In this document: positions 40,712 through 51,065 of the stretch, piece by piece | Layout: the number at the start of each line of letters is the position of its first letter | Position numbering within the stretch: the stretch's first letter is position 1 | Assembly (NCBI GenBank): GCA_963676095.1 | Contig: OY781040.1 | Coordinates: 5,802,705 to 5,866,704, forward strand | Reading direction: 5' to 3' | From: Prolixibacteraceae bacterium | GTDB taxonomy: Bacteria > Bacteroidota > Bacteroidia > Bacteroidales > Prolixibacteraceae | Length of the DNA: 64,000 bases | The notes under the pieces: model-generated | The model's database searches: none | Told to the model about the DNA's origin: nothing | Seen by the model: only the letters and a program-made list of their open reading frames with translations | Made by a program: the position numbers and the translations under genes

Positions 40712-41698
40712 TTACCACTCGATAGCCTGATCTTCATCAGGTATCTGTGTATTGATTTTACGTTCCAGGATTATTGATCCTCTTACCGTGTAAGCGATGG
40801 TAGCGCCTGTAGAGGAAGTATAATCCGTGTAATTGTAATCGATATTGCTAATGGTTACGTAGCGGTGCTTCAGATAGGGGCGGGTAGCGTCCATCGTCTC
40901 TTCCACTGCAAACATGGGGGTGCTGTTCACCTTGAATTCGATATTGGGATCTTCCGCCGTAAGGGTTACGATTTTTGTTTCCTCATCAAATGAAGCGGAG
41001 ATCTTATAGCTGCGACGGTCTGTGTTTTCTTCGTCCACTGTTCCGGCATAGAAGAACACCGTGTTTTCGTCCACCACGTAAACAGGGATCTCGCTCTCGA
41101 CAATTGCTGCGTCACTCTCATAACCTTTCAGATAAACCTTCAGTGCCGTACCGCTGTACGTTCCCGAGTAGTCGTTGAAAGGCATTATACGGAGCAGTGC
41201 TTTCCGGTAGTTTTTGCGGGGGTTCGCCACGTAGTCGTACGAAGGATCGTCCACAATCGTCAGGGGAAGCACCCATTTGTCCACTAAATCGATCCCTCCC
41301 AGCGTGAGATCAATGTCCAGCAAAGATGTGTTTTCTCCTGCCCGGATGTTTACTGTGTCGGACATCGTGAAATACCTGCTGTCCAGTTCCTGATAATAAA
41401 GTTCCTCACGGCTTTGGAACCGTTCGTCGTTCAGTGTTTGCAAGGTATCGGGGTCTACCGCCACGTGGACGGTCATATCCCTGTCGTTTGTGGTCGACCC
41501 GCTGACGATCAGGGGGAGCTGGTAGGTTACTTCTCCTTCGGATTTGTACCGTACGTAGATTGGCGTCACCCCGTTGTCGTCGAGCGGGGCTTTAAAAGAG
41601 ACGTAATGCACGTATTGTTCGTCTTTCCATTCGTCGTTGCATGCGCTGAACACCACCAGCACACTCAGTAAAAATGGCAAAAAATATCTTTTTTTCAT
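40712..41698 (-). CDS. SusE/SusF-like PUL-associated surface lipoprotein (DUF4973/DUF4361-like)
   Basis: 328 aa; lipoprotein signal (VVFSACNDE); beta-rich with no catalytic motifs; located directly downstream of SusD, as SusE/F-type accessory lipoproteins are. Confidence 0.4.
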   Translation of the reverse strand: MKKRYFLPFLLSVLVVFSACNDEWKDEQYVHYVSFKAPLDDNGVTPIYVRYKSEGEVTYQLPLIVSGSTTNDRDMTVHVAVDPDTLQTLNDERFQSREELYYQELDSRYFTMSDTVNIRAGENTSLLDIDLTLGGIDLVDKWVLPLTIVDDPSYDYVANPRKNYRKALLRIMPFNDYSGTYSGTALKVYLKGYESDAAIVESEIPVYVVDENTVFFYAGTVDEENTDRRSYKISASFDEETKIVTLTAEDPNIEFKVNSTPMFAVEETMDATRPYLKHRYVTISNIDYNYTDYTSSTGATIAYTVRGSIILERKINTQIPDEDQAIEW

Positions 41699-41758
41699 TT
41701 ATTTTTCAATTTAATCATGTAAGTAATTATTTGTTTATTATATCAACCCTCGCCGCCG

Positions 41759-41985
41759 TTCCGCCCGGGGAAGATGATCTGTACTGATCAATGTTTTCCC
41801 GCGGACGGGAGGCAATGATCCGGGTCCGCTTCTTACCCGGGGTGCCGCTCCTGACGTCGCTTACCCCGGGCTACCAAAACATGACCCCTCCGGGGCCAGG
41901 GACAACGCCCCTCAAACGGCCGCAGGCCATCAAACCCTTCAAATACGAGGCCTCAAACCTTCTCAAACGGGCAACGACCCTCCTT
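41759..41985. repeat. Composite intergenic repeat, copy C (module 2 then module 1)
   Basis: Module 2 (41759-41891) then module 1 (41891-41980), the reverse of the order in copy A. Confidence 0.8.
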
Positions 41986-41987
41986 CA

Positions 41988-44033
41988 TCAATCATTATAC
42001 GTCCATCCCGGGTTTTGCGTCAGCCGGTTGTTGCTCTTCAGCTCGTCGTGTTTGATGGGCCAGAACCACATCTTGCGGGAGAATGTCGATTGGAGTGCCC
42101 ATGCAGCTACCGGCGTATGGAACAGGTCTTTTTGCGCGGAAGTCATCAACGTGTTGCATCCGTAGATTGTCAGCGCTTCTTCCACCGGAGCGTCTTTCCA
42201 GCGGCGCAGGTCGTAGTACCGCTGACCTTCGCCCATGAGTTCGATTTGCCGTTCGCGTTTTAACTTTTTTCGGAACTCATCCCGGTCGCCATATACATCA
42301 GCTGTATAATCTGGCACACCGGCCCGGATACGGACAGGGCGAATGCCTTTCTTCATTTCGTCGATGTTGCGGCTGATAGTGTAAGTCTGCGTGCCATCCC
42401 AGGACTGGATGTTGTAAGAGCCTTCCAGTTCGTTCAATGCTTCCGCATAGATCAGCAGGATGTCGGCATAACGGATAGCCGGTTCGGTTTTGTCTTCCAC
42501 GTTGCCGATTTCTCCGTTTTCGTAGGTGTCTTTCGGGTGTACGAATTTCATGACGCCGATGCCGGTACGGAGCCAGAACATGGTGTTGGTATAGCCGTTA
42601 CCGTCCCCGCGGTAATAAAAAACCTGTTGCTCCCGGTTTGCTTCCTCCGATTCGTTTTCCAAATGCCAGACACTGCCGTTGTAAGCCACCGAGGCATAAA
42701 AGCGGGGTGAGCGGTTGGCATATTGCAGCGAGACGCCTGCTGCCAGCGGTTTGTACCTGCCGGCCTCCACATCTTCCGCTGTCACATAGCCTGTCAGTCG
42801 GTCGCTGCCGTCGCCGCGCCCGATCTCCTTGTCCTTACCCGGGCAGTCTGTGCCATCGTTCATGTAGTAGGCGTCGCATTGTTTTAGTGTCAGCCCGTGC
42901 GTATTCCAGCCCGAAGCAATACGCGGCAACTGGTGCGCCACCATGGCAGCAATACTTTCCCCGCCGTTATTTCCGCGCGTGAAGATCAGTTCCGGGTTTT
43001 CCGATGCATTCAGGGTACCGTTAAATACCGCGCGGTACGATTCGAACGGGTCGATGTCCGCCCAGCCGTCCGGCCAGTTGCTATTGGAAAATTCACTGTC
43101 ATACGGGGGAACGATCGTGGCCGGGTAGGAAGAAGTGCCCGATGTGCGGAAATTGGCCACATACAACTGATAGATCCCGAGCTCCATCACGTCCCTGGCA
43201 GCAGCGGCTGCCCTGGCCCATTTTTCTTCATCATAGTCGGAAGACAACAATTGCTTTCCCTCATCGTCGACCAGCTCTTTGGCGTAATTATCGGTATTCC
43301 CGTTCGCCAGCGGACTGGCGGCGTAAAGCAACACTTTTGCGCGGGCGGCCAGTGCCGCACCGCGGGTTGGCCGGGCAACGGATTGTTCATCGCGGTTTAG
43401 CTGCAGATCTTTTGCCGCAAGCACCATTTCGTTGCTGATGTATTCCGCACATTCTTCATAGGTACTGCGGGGAGTGGCTATGTCGTCGTAGCTCTCCGTA
43501 TAATCGATACCTTCCTCGGGAAGCAACGGGATTGGGCCATACTTGCGCAACAACAGCCAGTAGTAATAGGCCCTAACAAAGCGGGCCTGTGCTTTGTAGT
43601 CTGCTATTTTCTCAGCGGTCATTTCCTGGTTTATGTCAATATTCTGGATGAAAACGGTGGCATTACGGATCCCTTTGTAGCATTGTGTCCAGGTGTCCTG
43701 CTTGTCATCCTCGGTGTATTCCCCCATATGGAACTCATTGTATGACAAGGCCGATTCGTTGCTAACGTCATAATCGCCGTCACGGTCGCCATAGTACATA
43801 TCGTCTGCAAAGCAATGCGGCGTATAGCCCTTGCTGCATACGTCGGCACATTCGTTTGTCAGAAAGGAGTAGGTGTGGGCCAGCCACTCTTCCGAGTACT
43901 CTTTGCTCTCAAACACTTTTTCCTCGGTCATCCGGTCATCGAAATACTGATCGGCATCCAGGTAATCCGAACAGGAGGAAAGGATCCCTGTTCCCAGTAC
44001 CGTTAATATTAGAATATATATTTTCTGTATCAT
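41988..44033 (-). CDS. SusD/RagB-family nutrient-binding lipoprotein (long form, 681 aa)
   Basis: Lipoprotein signal (ILSSCSDYLD); SusD-like body; directly downstream of SusC (12-bp gap). Confidence 0.8.
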   Translation of the reverse strand: MIQKIYILILTVLGTGILSSCSDYLDADQYFDDRMTEEKVFESKEYSEEWLAHTYSFLTNECADVCSKGYTPHCFADDMYYGDRDGDYDVSNESALSYNEFHMGEYTEDDKQDTWTQCYKGIRNATVFIQNIDINQEMTAEKIADYKAQARFVRAYYYWLLLRKYGPIPLLPEEGIDYTESYDDIATPRSTYEECAEYISNEMVLAAKDLQLNRDEQSVARPTRGAALAARAKVLLYAASPLANGNTDNYAKELVDDEGKQLLSSDYDEEKWARAAAAARDVMELGIYQLYVANFRTSGTSSYPATIVPPYDSEFSNSNWPDGWADIDPFESYRAVFNGTLNASENPELIFTRGNNGGESIAAMVAHQLPRIASGWNTHGLTLKQCDAYYMNDGTDCPGKDKEIGRGDGSDRLTGYVTAEDVEAGRYKPLAAGVSLQYANRSPRFYASVAYNGSVWHLENESEEANREQQVFYYRGDGNGYTNTMFWLRTGIGVMKFVHPKDTYENGEIGNVEDKTEPAIRYADILLIYAEALNELEGSYNIQSWDGTQTYTISRNIDEMKKGIRPVRIRAGVPDYTADVYGDRDEFRKKLKRERQIELMGEGQRYYDLRRWKDAPVEEALTIYGCNTLMTSAQKDLFHTPVAAWALQSTFSRKMWFWPIKHDELKSNNRLTQNPGWTYND

Positions 44034-44045
44034 CTCGTTTTTAGT

Positions 44046-47000
44046 TTATAAGTTAACGCTTACTCCCAATGTGATTGATTTTGCGGGGGGGTACTCTTCT
44101 CCCCGGGGGTCGCCCATTTCGGGGTCCCAGAGTTTAAAACCCGACCAGGTCACCAGGTTGGTACCGACCAGTGATACGCGTATATTATTTATGTGTAGAT
44201 TGTTTACAATTCTTTTGGGTAGGGTGTACCCGATATCGACCGTTTTCAGCCGGACATACCGTCCGTTGCGCAGCCAAAAAGTAGAATTGCGGTAGTTGTT
44301 GGCATTTCCTCCATAGCTCAGCCTCGGATAAGCTGCGTTCGGGTTCTCCGTGGCGGGATCGCCTGAAATATCAGCGGAAATCCAACGATCTGAACCGACC
44401 AGGCCTTTCAGTATATTTCCCCATTCCCCTTCACTGAAGGCGTATACACATTTTCCATAGATCGGAAAAGTCGATTTGCCGGCACCCTGGAAATGCACGT
44501 TCACGTCCAGTCCTTTCCATTGGAAAGAACTGCCCACGCCATAAGTCAGGTTGGGTGTCGTGGTTGCCCCGATAGCAACAATGTCGCCGTCGTCTATTAC
44601 CCCGTCGCCATTGACATCCTTATATTTGATGTCTCCCGGCTGGTAGTCGCCAAAGTTTTGCGTTGGACTGTTACGGATGTCGTCGTAATCCTTAAACAGT
44701 CCAAGGGCAATCAATCCTTTGCTTTGGTTTACCCGGTAGCCCTCTTCCATTTGATAAGCGTAAACATTGTTTTGTTCGTCCTTTTCCAGTACCGTGTTCT
44801 TGCTGTAGGTGATGGTGCCGCGGACCGTCAGGTCGACGCTTCCCACTTTCCGTTTGTAATCGAAACGTCCGTCGAACCCTTTTGAACGGACAGCCCCTAC
44901 ATTGGCGCTGGGATTGCTTTCCAGCCCTACTATTTCCGGTAAATAATCACGTTCCATATAGATTCCCGTGCGTTTTTCGTTAAAGTAGTCCACATTAGCC
45001 GAGAATTTGTCATTGAAAAGCGACAAATCGATACCGAGGTCGTTTTTTGTGGCTACCTCCCAGGTGACATTCGGGGAAGCGACCTGGGAGTAATACAGGC
45101 CGCTGTAAGATTTGTTATTTCCATACTCGGCCCATTGGTAGCCGTCTCCGGACGATATGGCAGAAAGGTAAGGGAAGCGGTTATCATCCCCCAGGTTGTC
45201 GTTACCTACTTTACCATGGGAATAGCGGATCTTGAACAAGTTCATCCACCTGACATTTTTCTTGATAATTTTTTCTTCAGAGAGGTTCCATGCCATGGAG
45301 TAGGCCGGGAAGAACCCGAACCGGTGTCCGGAAGCAAAATTTTCCGAACCGGTGTAGCCAAAATTAAAATCCGCAAAATAGCGATAGTTCCAGTTGTAGG
45401 TTACTTGTCCTGCCAGTCCCTGGTTGCGTTTTGGGGCCCCATTTTTGAGATCGCTGCCCAGGTTTTGTGTTTGTATGTAAGCATCCTGCGTGTATTTGAG
45501 CGTTCCTCCGAAATGGTGGTCTTTAACGCTGTGGTCGTAATTGAACATCAGGTCGAGAAACTCCCGGCGGTCGCCGTCCGAGCCGCTTGTCTGGGTCATT
45601 TCCTGTGCCGCGGATATTTGGGTGAATACCAGTTCCCCTTCGCTGTTACGCGCACGTTCCGCCTTCCACTGTTCTGGCCATTTTATACGGTTGATATAGT
45701 TGCTGTTGTTCGTGTCGTAACCGAAATGCCCTACAAAGCGGAGCCCTTTCAGGATGAAGTCAAAGTTCTGCTCCAGGGAAACATTGGTTTGTATTTTATT
45801 TTCCCAGGTTTCGTCGAATCCGGTTTGCGTGGCGGCTACCCAGGGGTTTGTTTTGTTTCCCGTCCCGTAGGCAGGCACATAGCCATTGGAATACGTGATC
45901 GGCGTGAGGATCGGCGTGTATCCGAAAAGTTCGCCCCAGAGATCGTCTCCGCTTTCCAGGCCCGGCGTGTTCTGTTTGGACAGCGAACCGGAAAGGCCTA
46001 CTTTCAGTATCGTACTTTTCGTGATGTTGATATCGGTGTTCATGCGGTAGTTCCACCGCCTGTAGTTGACATTGGTGTCGTACTCATCCTGCACGGCCTT
46101 GTCTGTTTTGTACATCCCCTGTTCTTCCACATAGCTGGCAGAAACAAAATAACGTGCAGTAGCGCCACCCCCGCTCATATTCAGATTGGCACGATAGCTC
46201 ATGGCGCCATCCCGCAGCACGACGTCCTGCCAGTTTATATTGGGGTAAAGGTCAGGGTCGAGTCCCAACCGCAGGATTTCCAGCTCTTCGGGTTGATAGA
46301 TCGGTTCCTCGTTGCGGGTGATACGCGCTTCGTTCAGCAGGTTGGCATACGTGTAGCCATCCACAAATTCAGGAGTGATGGTCCGGGTATTATATGTAGT
46401 CTCGACCTTGGCATCGATATTGATTTTGCCTGCTTTACCATGTTTGGTGGTGATCAATATGACACCATTGGCGCCTTTAGCTCCATAAATGGCCGTGGCT
46501 GAAGCATCCTTGAGTACAGAGAACGATTCAATATCCTCGATGTTCAGGTCGTTCAGGTCGCGTTCGAAGCCATCTACCAGCACGTAAGCCTCACTACCGG
46601 CCCCAAAGGTTGAAATACCGCGGATCCAGAATTCGGAAACGTTTTTACCGGGCTGTCCTGAGGTCTGCATGGCTATGATCCCTGACACATTCCCTGCCAG
46701 CGTATTCGAGATGCTCGACGAAGGATTTGACTTCAGTTCGTCTATGTCCACCGTCGTGATGGCACCGGTCACCGTCTGTTTCTTCCGGACCCCCGTACCG
46801 GTAACGACTACCTCGTCCAGGGCGTTGGCTTTCGATTCTTTCATTTTAACGTTGATCCGGAGCTGGTCTTTCACCAGTATTTCCTGTTTGTCGTACCCGA
46901 TGTATGAGAAAATCAGTTTATGATAGGGTTCCATCTTAATCCGGTAATTTCCGTCCCGGTCGGTAACCGTACCCAAGCCGGGTACGTCGCTTACAATAAT

Positions 47001-47201
47001 GTTGACACCGACCAGCGGTTCATTTTTAGTGTCGGTTACAACACCGGTCACGACAATTGTCTCCTGTGCAATGGCATTTGCAGAAAATCCGAGCAAAAGG
47101 ACACATGCCAGTAGAAAATTCACTGTGCGCAACATATTTATGCCTGGAAGAGCCTTAACTAAATTTGGTCTTTGCCCTCGCTTAATCGTATTTTTTTTCA
47201 T
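44046..47201 (-). CDS. SusC/RagA-family TonB-dependent transporter (no STN domain)
   Basis: Carboxypeptidase-regulatory-like domain (VTGVVTDTKNEPLVGVNIIVSDVPG); plug and barrel. The more likely start is the internal Met at 47135. Confidence 0.9.
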   Translation of the reverse strand: MKKNTIKRGQRPNLVKALPGINMLRTVNFLLACVLLLGFSANAIAQETIVVTGVVTDTKNEPLVGVNIIVSDVPGLGTVTDRDGNYRIKMEPYHKLIFSYIGYDKQEILVKDQLRINVKMKESKANALDEVVVTGTGVRKKQTVTGAITTVDIDELKSNPSSSISNTLAGNVSGIIAMQTSGQPGKNVSEFWIRGISTFGAGSEAYVLVDGFERDLNDLNIEDIESFSVLKDASATAIYGAKGANGVILITTKHGKAGKINIDAKVETTYNTRTITPEFVDGYTYANLLNEARITRNEEPIYQPEELEILRLGLDPDLYPNINWQDVVLRDGAMSYRANLNMSGGGATARYFVSASYVEEQGMYKTDKAVQDEYDTNVNYRRWNYRMNTDINITKSTILKVGLSGSLSKQNTPGLESGDDLWGELFGYTPILTPITYSNGYVPAYGTGNKTNPWVAATQTGFDETWENKIQTNVSLEQNFDFILKGLRFVGHFGYDTNNSNYINRIKWPEQWKAERARNSEGELVFTQISAAQEMTQTSGSDGDRREFLDLMFNYDHSVKDHHFGGTLKYTQDAYIQTQNLGSDLKNGAPKRNQGLAGQVTYNWNYRYFADFNFGYTGSENFASGHRFGFFPAYSMAWNLSEEKIIKKNVRWMNLFKIRYSHGKVGNDNLGDDNRFPYLSAISSGDGYQWAEYGNNKSYSGLYYSQVASPNVTWEVATKNDLGIDLSLFNDKFSANVDYFNEKRTGIYMERDYLPEIVGLESNPSANVGAVRSKGFDGRFDYKRKVGSVDLTVRGTITYSKNTVLEKDEQNNVYAYQMEEGYRVNQSKGLIALGLFKDYDDIRNSPTQNFGDYQPGDIKYKDVNGDGVIDDGDIVAIGATTTPNLTYGVGSSFQWKGLDVNVHFQGAGKSTFPIYGKCVYAFSEGEWGNILKGLVGSDRWISADISGDPATENPNAAYPRLSYGGNANNYRNSTFWLRNGRYVRLKTVDIGYTLPKRIVNNLHINNIRVSLVGTNLVTWSGFKLWDPEMGDPRGEEYPPAKSITLGVSVNL

Positions 47202-47216
47202 AGCGTCTGTTTTTGA

Positions 47217-48590
47217 TTATTCCCCTTCCAGGGCTATTTTACGAATACAGTGATTTGAAGCGTCTCCCACATAAAACACATTGTGTTCCTCGTCGTATGC
47301 CAGTCCTTTGGGCTGGTCGAAACGGGCTTCTTCACGCAAATCGCCGTCGATGTGCCCGTAGTAATTGGAATTGACGCTCGTACTTCCCCGTCCGGCAAAG
47401 GTGGTTACCTTGCCTTCAGGCGTTAAAATACGGATGTCGTGGTTGCCCTGCTCTGTAAAATAGAAATCGTATTCATCATCATTTCCGGCATAATCGGGAT
47501 TCTTCACGAACACGCCCTGGTAAGGAGTACTTAAACGGACTTTGGAACCTACTCCGTCGACATAACCGGATGTTCCGGCTTCACCGCATACCAGGTAGGG
47601 AGAGGTAAAGGTTTTTCTTTCCCAGTTATAGTCCGTGCGCAAAATGTAGTGTCGATTGATCACCACGATATAGGCATAATTTCCCGAGGGGTGTATCCGG
47701 ATGTTAAACTCCCAGGAATTGTCCTGGATCTTGAACAGCTCTTCATAGTCCTTAACACCTAATTCTCCCTTGAAATAGCGCTCCATGTCGTAACGGTAGA
47801 ACTGGCCTTTCTCGTAGCTGTTGAAATACAACTCGCCGTTCACCGGGTGGATGGACGCCCCGTTGCATTGTTTATACCGGGTCATGGCCTGCGGATCCGT
47901 AAAATTACTGGCCCGTGACAGGATGGAAGTACTGATATCATTGGTGCCCCCCTGGTCGTTTGCAATGATCATGTATTCGCCGTCAATGGTCCAGTCGATC
48001 GTGCGTATGCGGTCCCAGTTCCCCATTCCCCGCGTGATGGGCGTACTCACCGTGCTGTCGCTGAAATCGAGCAAACGGACATCGCCTCCATCCTGCCCCA
48101 TATAAAGGTGCTGCGGATCCTTTGGATCGAAAGACAGCCAGGAGGGATTATTGAACCCGCCGCAATCGGAGAACGGACCGTTGATGGTTTCATAATCGCC
48201 GTATTCATCTTCTACTCCGCACAGTGTGCTCACCAGCGTGTCCCGCTCATATTCGAACACTTCTTTCGCGGTGGCCACAGCAATATCTTCTCCCTTGCCA
48301 ATATGCATTTCAATATCGCCATCATAAGCCTTTCCAGGCACCAGGCAGTAGAGGCTTTCGTTGTTTACACCGATCACTTTGGACTCTTTGCCACCAATGA
48401 ACAGACGGATGATTGAAGTGTCGTTGCCGAAGTTTGTACCGTAAATTACCAATCGCTGTCCTATGCCACCAGTTTTGGGCGTGAAGTCAGAAATAACCAC
48501 AGGCTGGGACGGATCATAAATTTCCGCGCCCGGATTGTCCTGATCGTCATTGCAACTACCCAGGCAAAGAGCGGTCAGCGCCATCGCCAT
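47217..48590 (-). CDS. IPT/TIG-domain plus NHL-like beta-propeller lipoprotein (first gene of PUL3)
   Basis: Lipoprotein signal (ALCLGSCNDD) at the internal Met; IPT/TIG segment (PVVISDFTPKTGGIGQRLVIYGTNFG); the ORF could extend to 48722. Confidence 0.5.
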   Translation of the reverse strand: MAMALTALCLGSCNDDQDNPGAEIYDPSQPVVISDFTPKTGGIGQRLVIYGTNFGNDTSIIRLFIGGKESKVIGVNNESLYCLVPGKAYDGDIEMHIGKGEDIAVATAKEVFEYERDTLVSTLCGVEDEYGDYETINGPFSDCGGFNNPSWLSFDPKDPQHLYMGQDGGDVRLLDFSDSTVSTPITRGMGNWDRIRTIDWTIDGEYMIIANDQGGTNDISTSILSRASNFTDPQAMTRYKQCNGASIHPVNGELYFNSYEKGQFYRYDMERYFKGELGVKDYEELFKIQDNSWEFNIRIHPSGNYAYIVVINRHYILRTDYNWERKTFTSPYLVCGEAGTSGYVDGVGSKVRLSTPYQGVFVKNPDYAGNDDEYDFYFTEQGNHDIRILTPEGKVTTFAGRGSTSVNSNYYGHIDGDLREEARFDQPKGLAYDEEHNVFYVGDASNHCIRKIALEGE

Positions 48591-49181
48591 CCACCAGATG
48601 TGCCGGCGCTTGCTTTTCCGGCTATCGCCGGCAAATTGCTTTCGTCCGGCAAAGCCCAAACAAGTTTGGCTTTGCTCCCTCTTAATCGCAACTTTCATAC
48701 GTAGCCTTACGTTTTTTTTCATAGATCATTATTTTGGAGTTAATTAATTTAAACAGGAAGACAGATCTGGGATTATCCCTGGTCAATTTTCCCGTTCAAA
48801 AATAAAAGCGGCAAAAATGGAATACCGGAAATAGCTGGTCAAAAAAAGATAATGGCAGTTCAATATGGGGGAAAACGGACGTCCCCAAAAGGCAGATTGT
48901 CTTCAAAAAAGGGGACGGCAAGTTCTGTAAGCATAAAGTTTGTTTCATACTTTCATCATTTGAGGTTGAAAAATGTTAGTTTGCTTTTGGTTTGTAAGTA
49001 TCAGTATCCATGGTTCCCGTGAACCCCGAAGTGGCAGGCCTGTACAGAAGTATTTCACTCCAATTCCCTTCAAACATTTGAAATAATTCCTACTTTTGTT
49101 TACGTCTAGAACAACTTTTCCGGGAAGAAGCCCGGTCTAATAAGATAATCGCAGAAAACCCAAATAAAATTAGTATCAACA

Positions 49182-49601
49182 ATGGATAATCAGGACATAC
49201 GATGGCAGCAACGTTTTAGTAACTATAAAAAAGCGCTGAACCAGCTCGAAAATGCAATAAACCTTGCAGGGGAAAGGAACCTGTCTGATATCGAACGGCA
49301 AGGACTGCTTAAAGCTTTTGAATTCACCCATGAACTTGCATGGAATGTAATGAAAGATTTTTTTGAATATCAGGGAAATGTTTCCATTAAAGGTTCCAGG
49401 GATGCAATTCGGGAAGCTTTTGCAACCGGTCTGATCGAAGATGGCGACGTTTGGATGGATACGATAAAAAGCAGGGTACAGACCGTTCATGCGTACGATG
49501 AAAGTACCGCTGATGAGATAGCCAGTAAAGTCGTTGAACAGTATTTTTTAATTTTTGTCGATTTTAAACGCAAAATGGAAAGTTTACTAGAAAAAATTTA
49601 A
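49182..49601 (+). CDS. HEPN-domain protein, HI0074-family nucleotidyltransferase substrate-binding protein (toxin-like partner)
   Basis: 139 aa; N-terminus DIRWQQRFSNYKKALNQLENAI is the HI0074/TIGR01987 signature. Confidence 0.7.
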   Translation: MDNQDIRWQQRFSNYKKALNQLENAINLAGERNLSDIERQGLLKAFEFTHELAWNVMKDFFEYQGNVSIKGSRDAIREAFATGLIEDGDVWMDTIKSRVQTVHAYDESTADEIASKVVEQYFLIFVDFKRKMESLLEKI

Positions 49602-49603
49602 GA

Positions 49604-49915
49604 ATGAAATACGGATTAAAAGAACAGGACATTAAAGCTATTCAAACCGTGTTTGAGAAATACCCGACCATAGATGAGGCCATTTTGTATGGTTCACGGG
49701 CAAAAGGTAATTACCGGAAAGGCTCCGATGTAGACCTCACATTGCGGGGTCGTGGTTTAGATTTGACTACTTTGCTAAAAATTGAAAATCAGCTTGACGA
49801 CCTTCTGCTACCGTATAAAATTGATCTTTCCATTTTTCACAAAATTGAAAATCCTGATTTAATTGACCATATCAACCGCATTGGAATAACTTTTTACCGT
49901 ATAAGAAATATCTAA
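49604..49915 (+). CDS. Minimal nucleotidyltransferase (MNT, HI0073-type antitoxin-like partner)
   Basis: 103 aa; nucleotidyltransferase motif (LYGSRAKGNYRKGSDVDL); starts 2 bp after the HEPN stop. Confidence 0.75.
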   Translation: MKYGLKEQDIKAIQTVFEKYPTIDEAILYGSRAKGNYRKGSDVDLTLRGRGLDLTTLLKIENQLDDLLLPYKIDLSIFHKIENPDLIDHINRIGITFYRIRNI

Positions 49916-49946
49916 CTTTGTATTTCTTATACGTAAACCGATAATT

Positions 49947-51065
49947 ATGAAACTAACATCCAGCTATTTATGCGTTTGTCTGTTAATTGCATTTTTTATG
50001 ATTTCGTGCAACAGTAAGCGACCGTCACAACAACCTGTGACCGACGTACAGGTCAAAACCTATACCAATCCTTTATTGCCCACAGGAGCCCGTCCATGGG
50101 CAACATTTTACAAGGGTAATTATTACTACTTTCAGGATGCCGACGACCGGATTTGTATGTGGAAAACTCCGGATCTGACCGATCTGAGGGATGCCCCAAA
50201 AAAAGAGATCTGGGTTCCCCGCGATAAAAGCAATGCCTTCCACATCTGGGCCTCCGAAATGTATCACATTGACAATAAATGGTATGTTTACTTTGCGGCT
50301 GACGACGGGAATACTGATAACCATCAGATTTACGTGATCGAAAACAGTTCTGCGGATCCGTTTGAAGGAAAATTTACCATGAAAGGACGCATAAAAACGG
50401 ATAAAAAGAACAGTTGGGGAATTCATGCCAGTTTATTTCAGCATAAAAATGACTGGTATATGATCTGGTCGGGATGGCAAACCAGACGGGTAGAAGCTGA
50501 GACACAATGTATTTATATTGCCAGGATGAAAAATCCATGGACGTTGGCATCGGAAAGGGTCCTTATTTCCAAACCTGAGTATGAATGGGAACGTCAATGG
50601 ATCAACCCTGACGGTAGCAAAACGGGCTATCCCATCTACGTCAATGAAGATCCCCAGTGCTTTTATACGAAAGACAAAAGTAAAATCCTTATTTATTATT
50701 CAGCCAGCGGGACCTGGACCCCCTATTATGCGGTAGGTATGTTGTCGGCAGACATAAATGCCGATCTGCTCAATCCCGCATCGTGGCAAAAGTCGGACAA
50801 GCCTGTGTTTAAGCAAAATCCGGATAACCAGGTTTTCGCAACGGGGACCCCTTGTTTTATTCCTTCACCGGACCAGAAGGAGATTTACTTTCTTTACCAG
50901 GCCCGGCCTACCGAAAAGGAACCCTATGGCTCATTGCCTTCCAAAGAAACGGATACCCGGTCGCCCCGGTTACAGAAAATGGAGTGGGACGATAAGGGAT
51001 TTCCTTATTTTGGGGAAGCGCTATCGGAGATTGAAAAAATAGCCAGGCCGTCCGGAAGCCGTTGA
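49947..51065 (+). CDS. GH43-family-like glycoside hydrolase (paralog of 36652-37725)
   Basis: 372 aa; lipoprotein signal; YTNPLLPTGARPW, IWASEMYHIDNKWYVYFAAD and IWSGW blocks parallel the other GH43-like gene. Confidence 0.55.
   Translation: MKLTSSYLCVCLLIAFFMISCNSKRPSQQPVTDVQVKTYTNPLLPTGARPWATFYKGNYYYFQDADDRICMWKTPDLTDLRDAPKKEIWVPRDKSNAFHIWASEMYHIDNKWYVYFAADDGNTDNHQIYVIENSSADPFEGKFTMKGRIKTDKKNSWGIHASLFQHKNDWYMIWSGWQTRRVEAETQCIYIARMKNPWTLASERVLISKPEYEWERQWINPDGSKTGYPIYVNEDPQCFYTKDKSKILIYYSASGTWTPYYAVGMLSADINADLLNPASWQKSDKPVFKQNPDNQVFATGTPCFIPSPDQKEIYFLYQARPTEKEPYGSLPSKETDTRSPRLQKMEWDDKGFPYFGEALSEIEKIARPSGSR

Noticed and set aside
40260-40777. ORFs 40260-40457 and 40571-40777, and 41791-42165, with near-identical translations (…GQRPSNGRRPSNSSNGEASNLLKRAKPL…)
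   Set aside because: They lie entirely within the GC-rich intergenic repeat copies. Their similarity reflects the nucleotide repeat, they have low-complexity composition and no start context, and the repeat modules occur in both orders, so they are most likely noncoding.
45135-46502. 455-aa plus-strand ORF antisense to the SusC gene (44046-47201); similar long antisense ORFs 31766-32752 (opposite flotillin), 29086-29862 (inside 28579-30753) and 35668-36204 (inside the glutaminase-like gene)
   Set aside because: They are frame artefacts of GC-skewed coding regions on the opposite strand; the sense-strand genes have strong family-level support.
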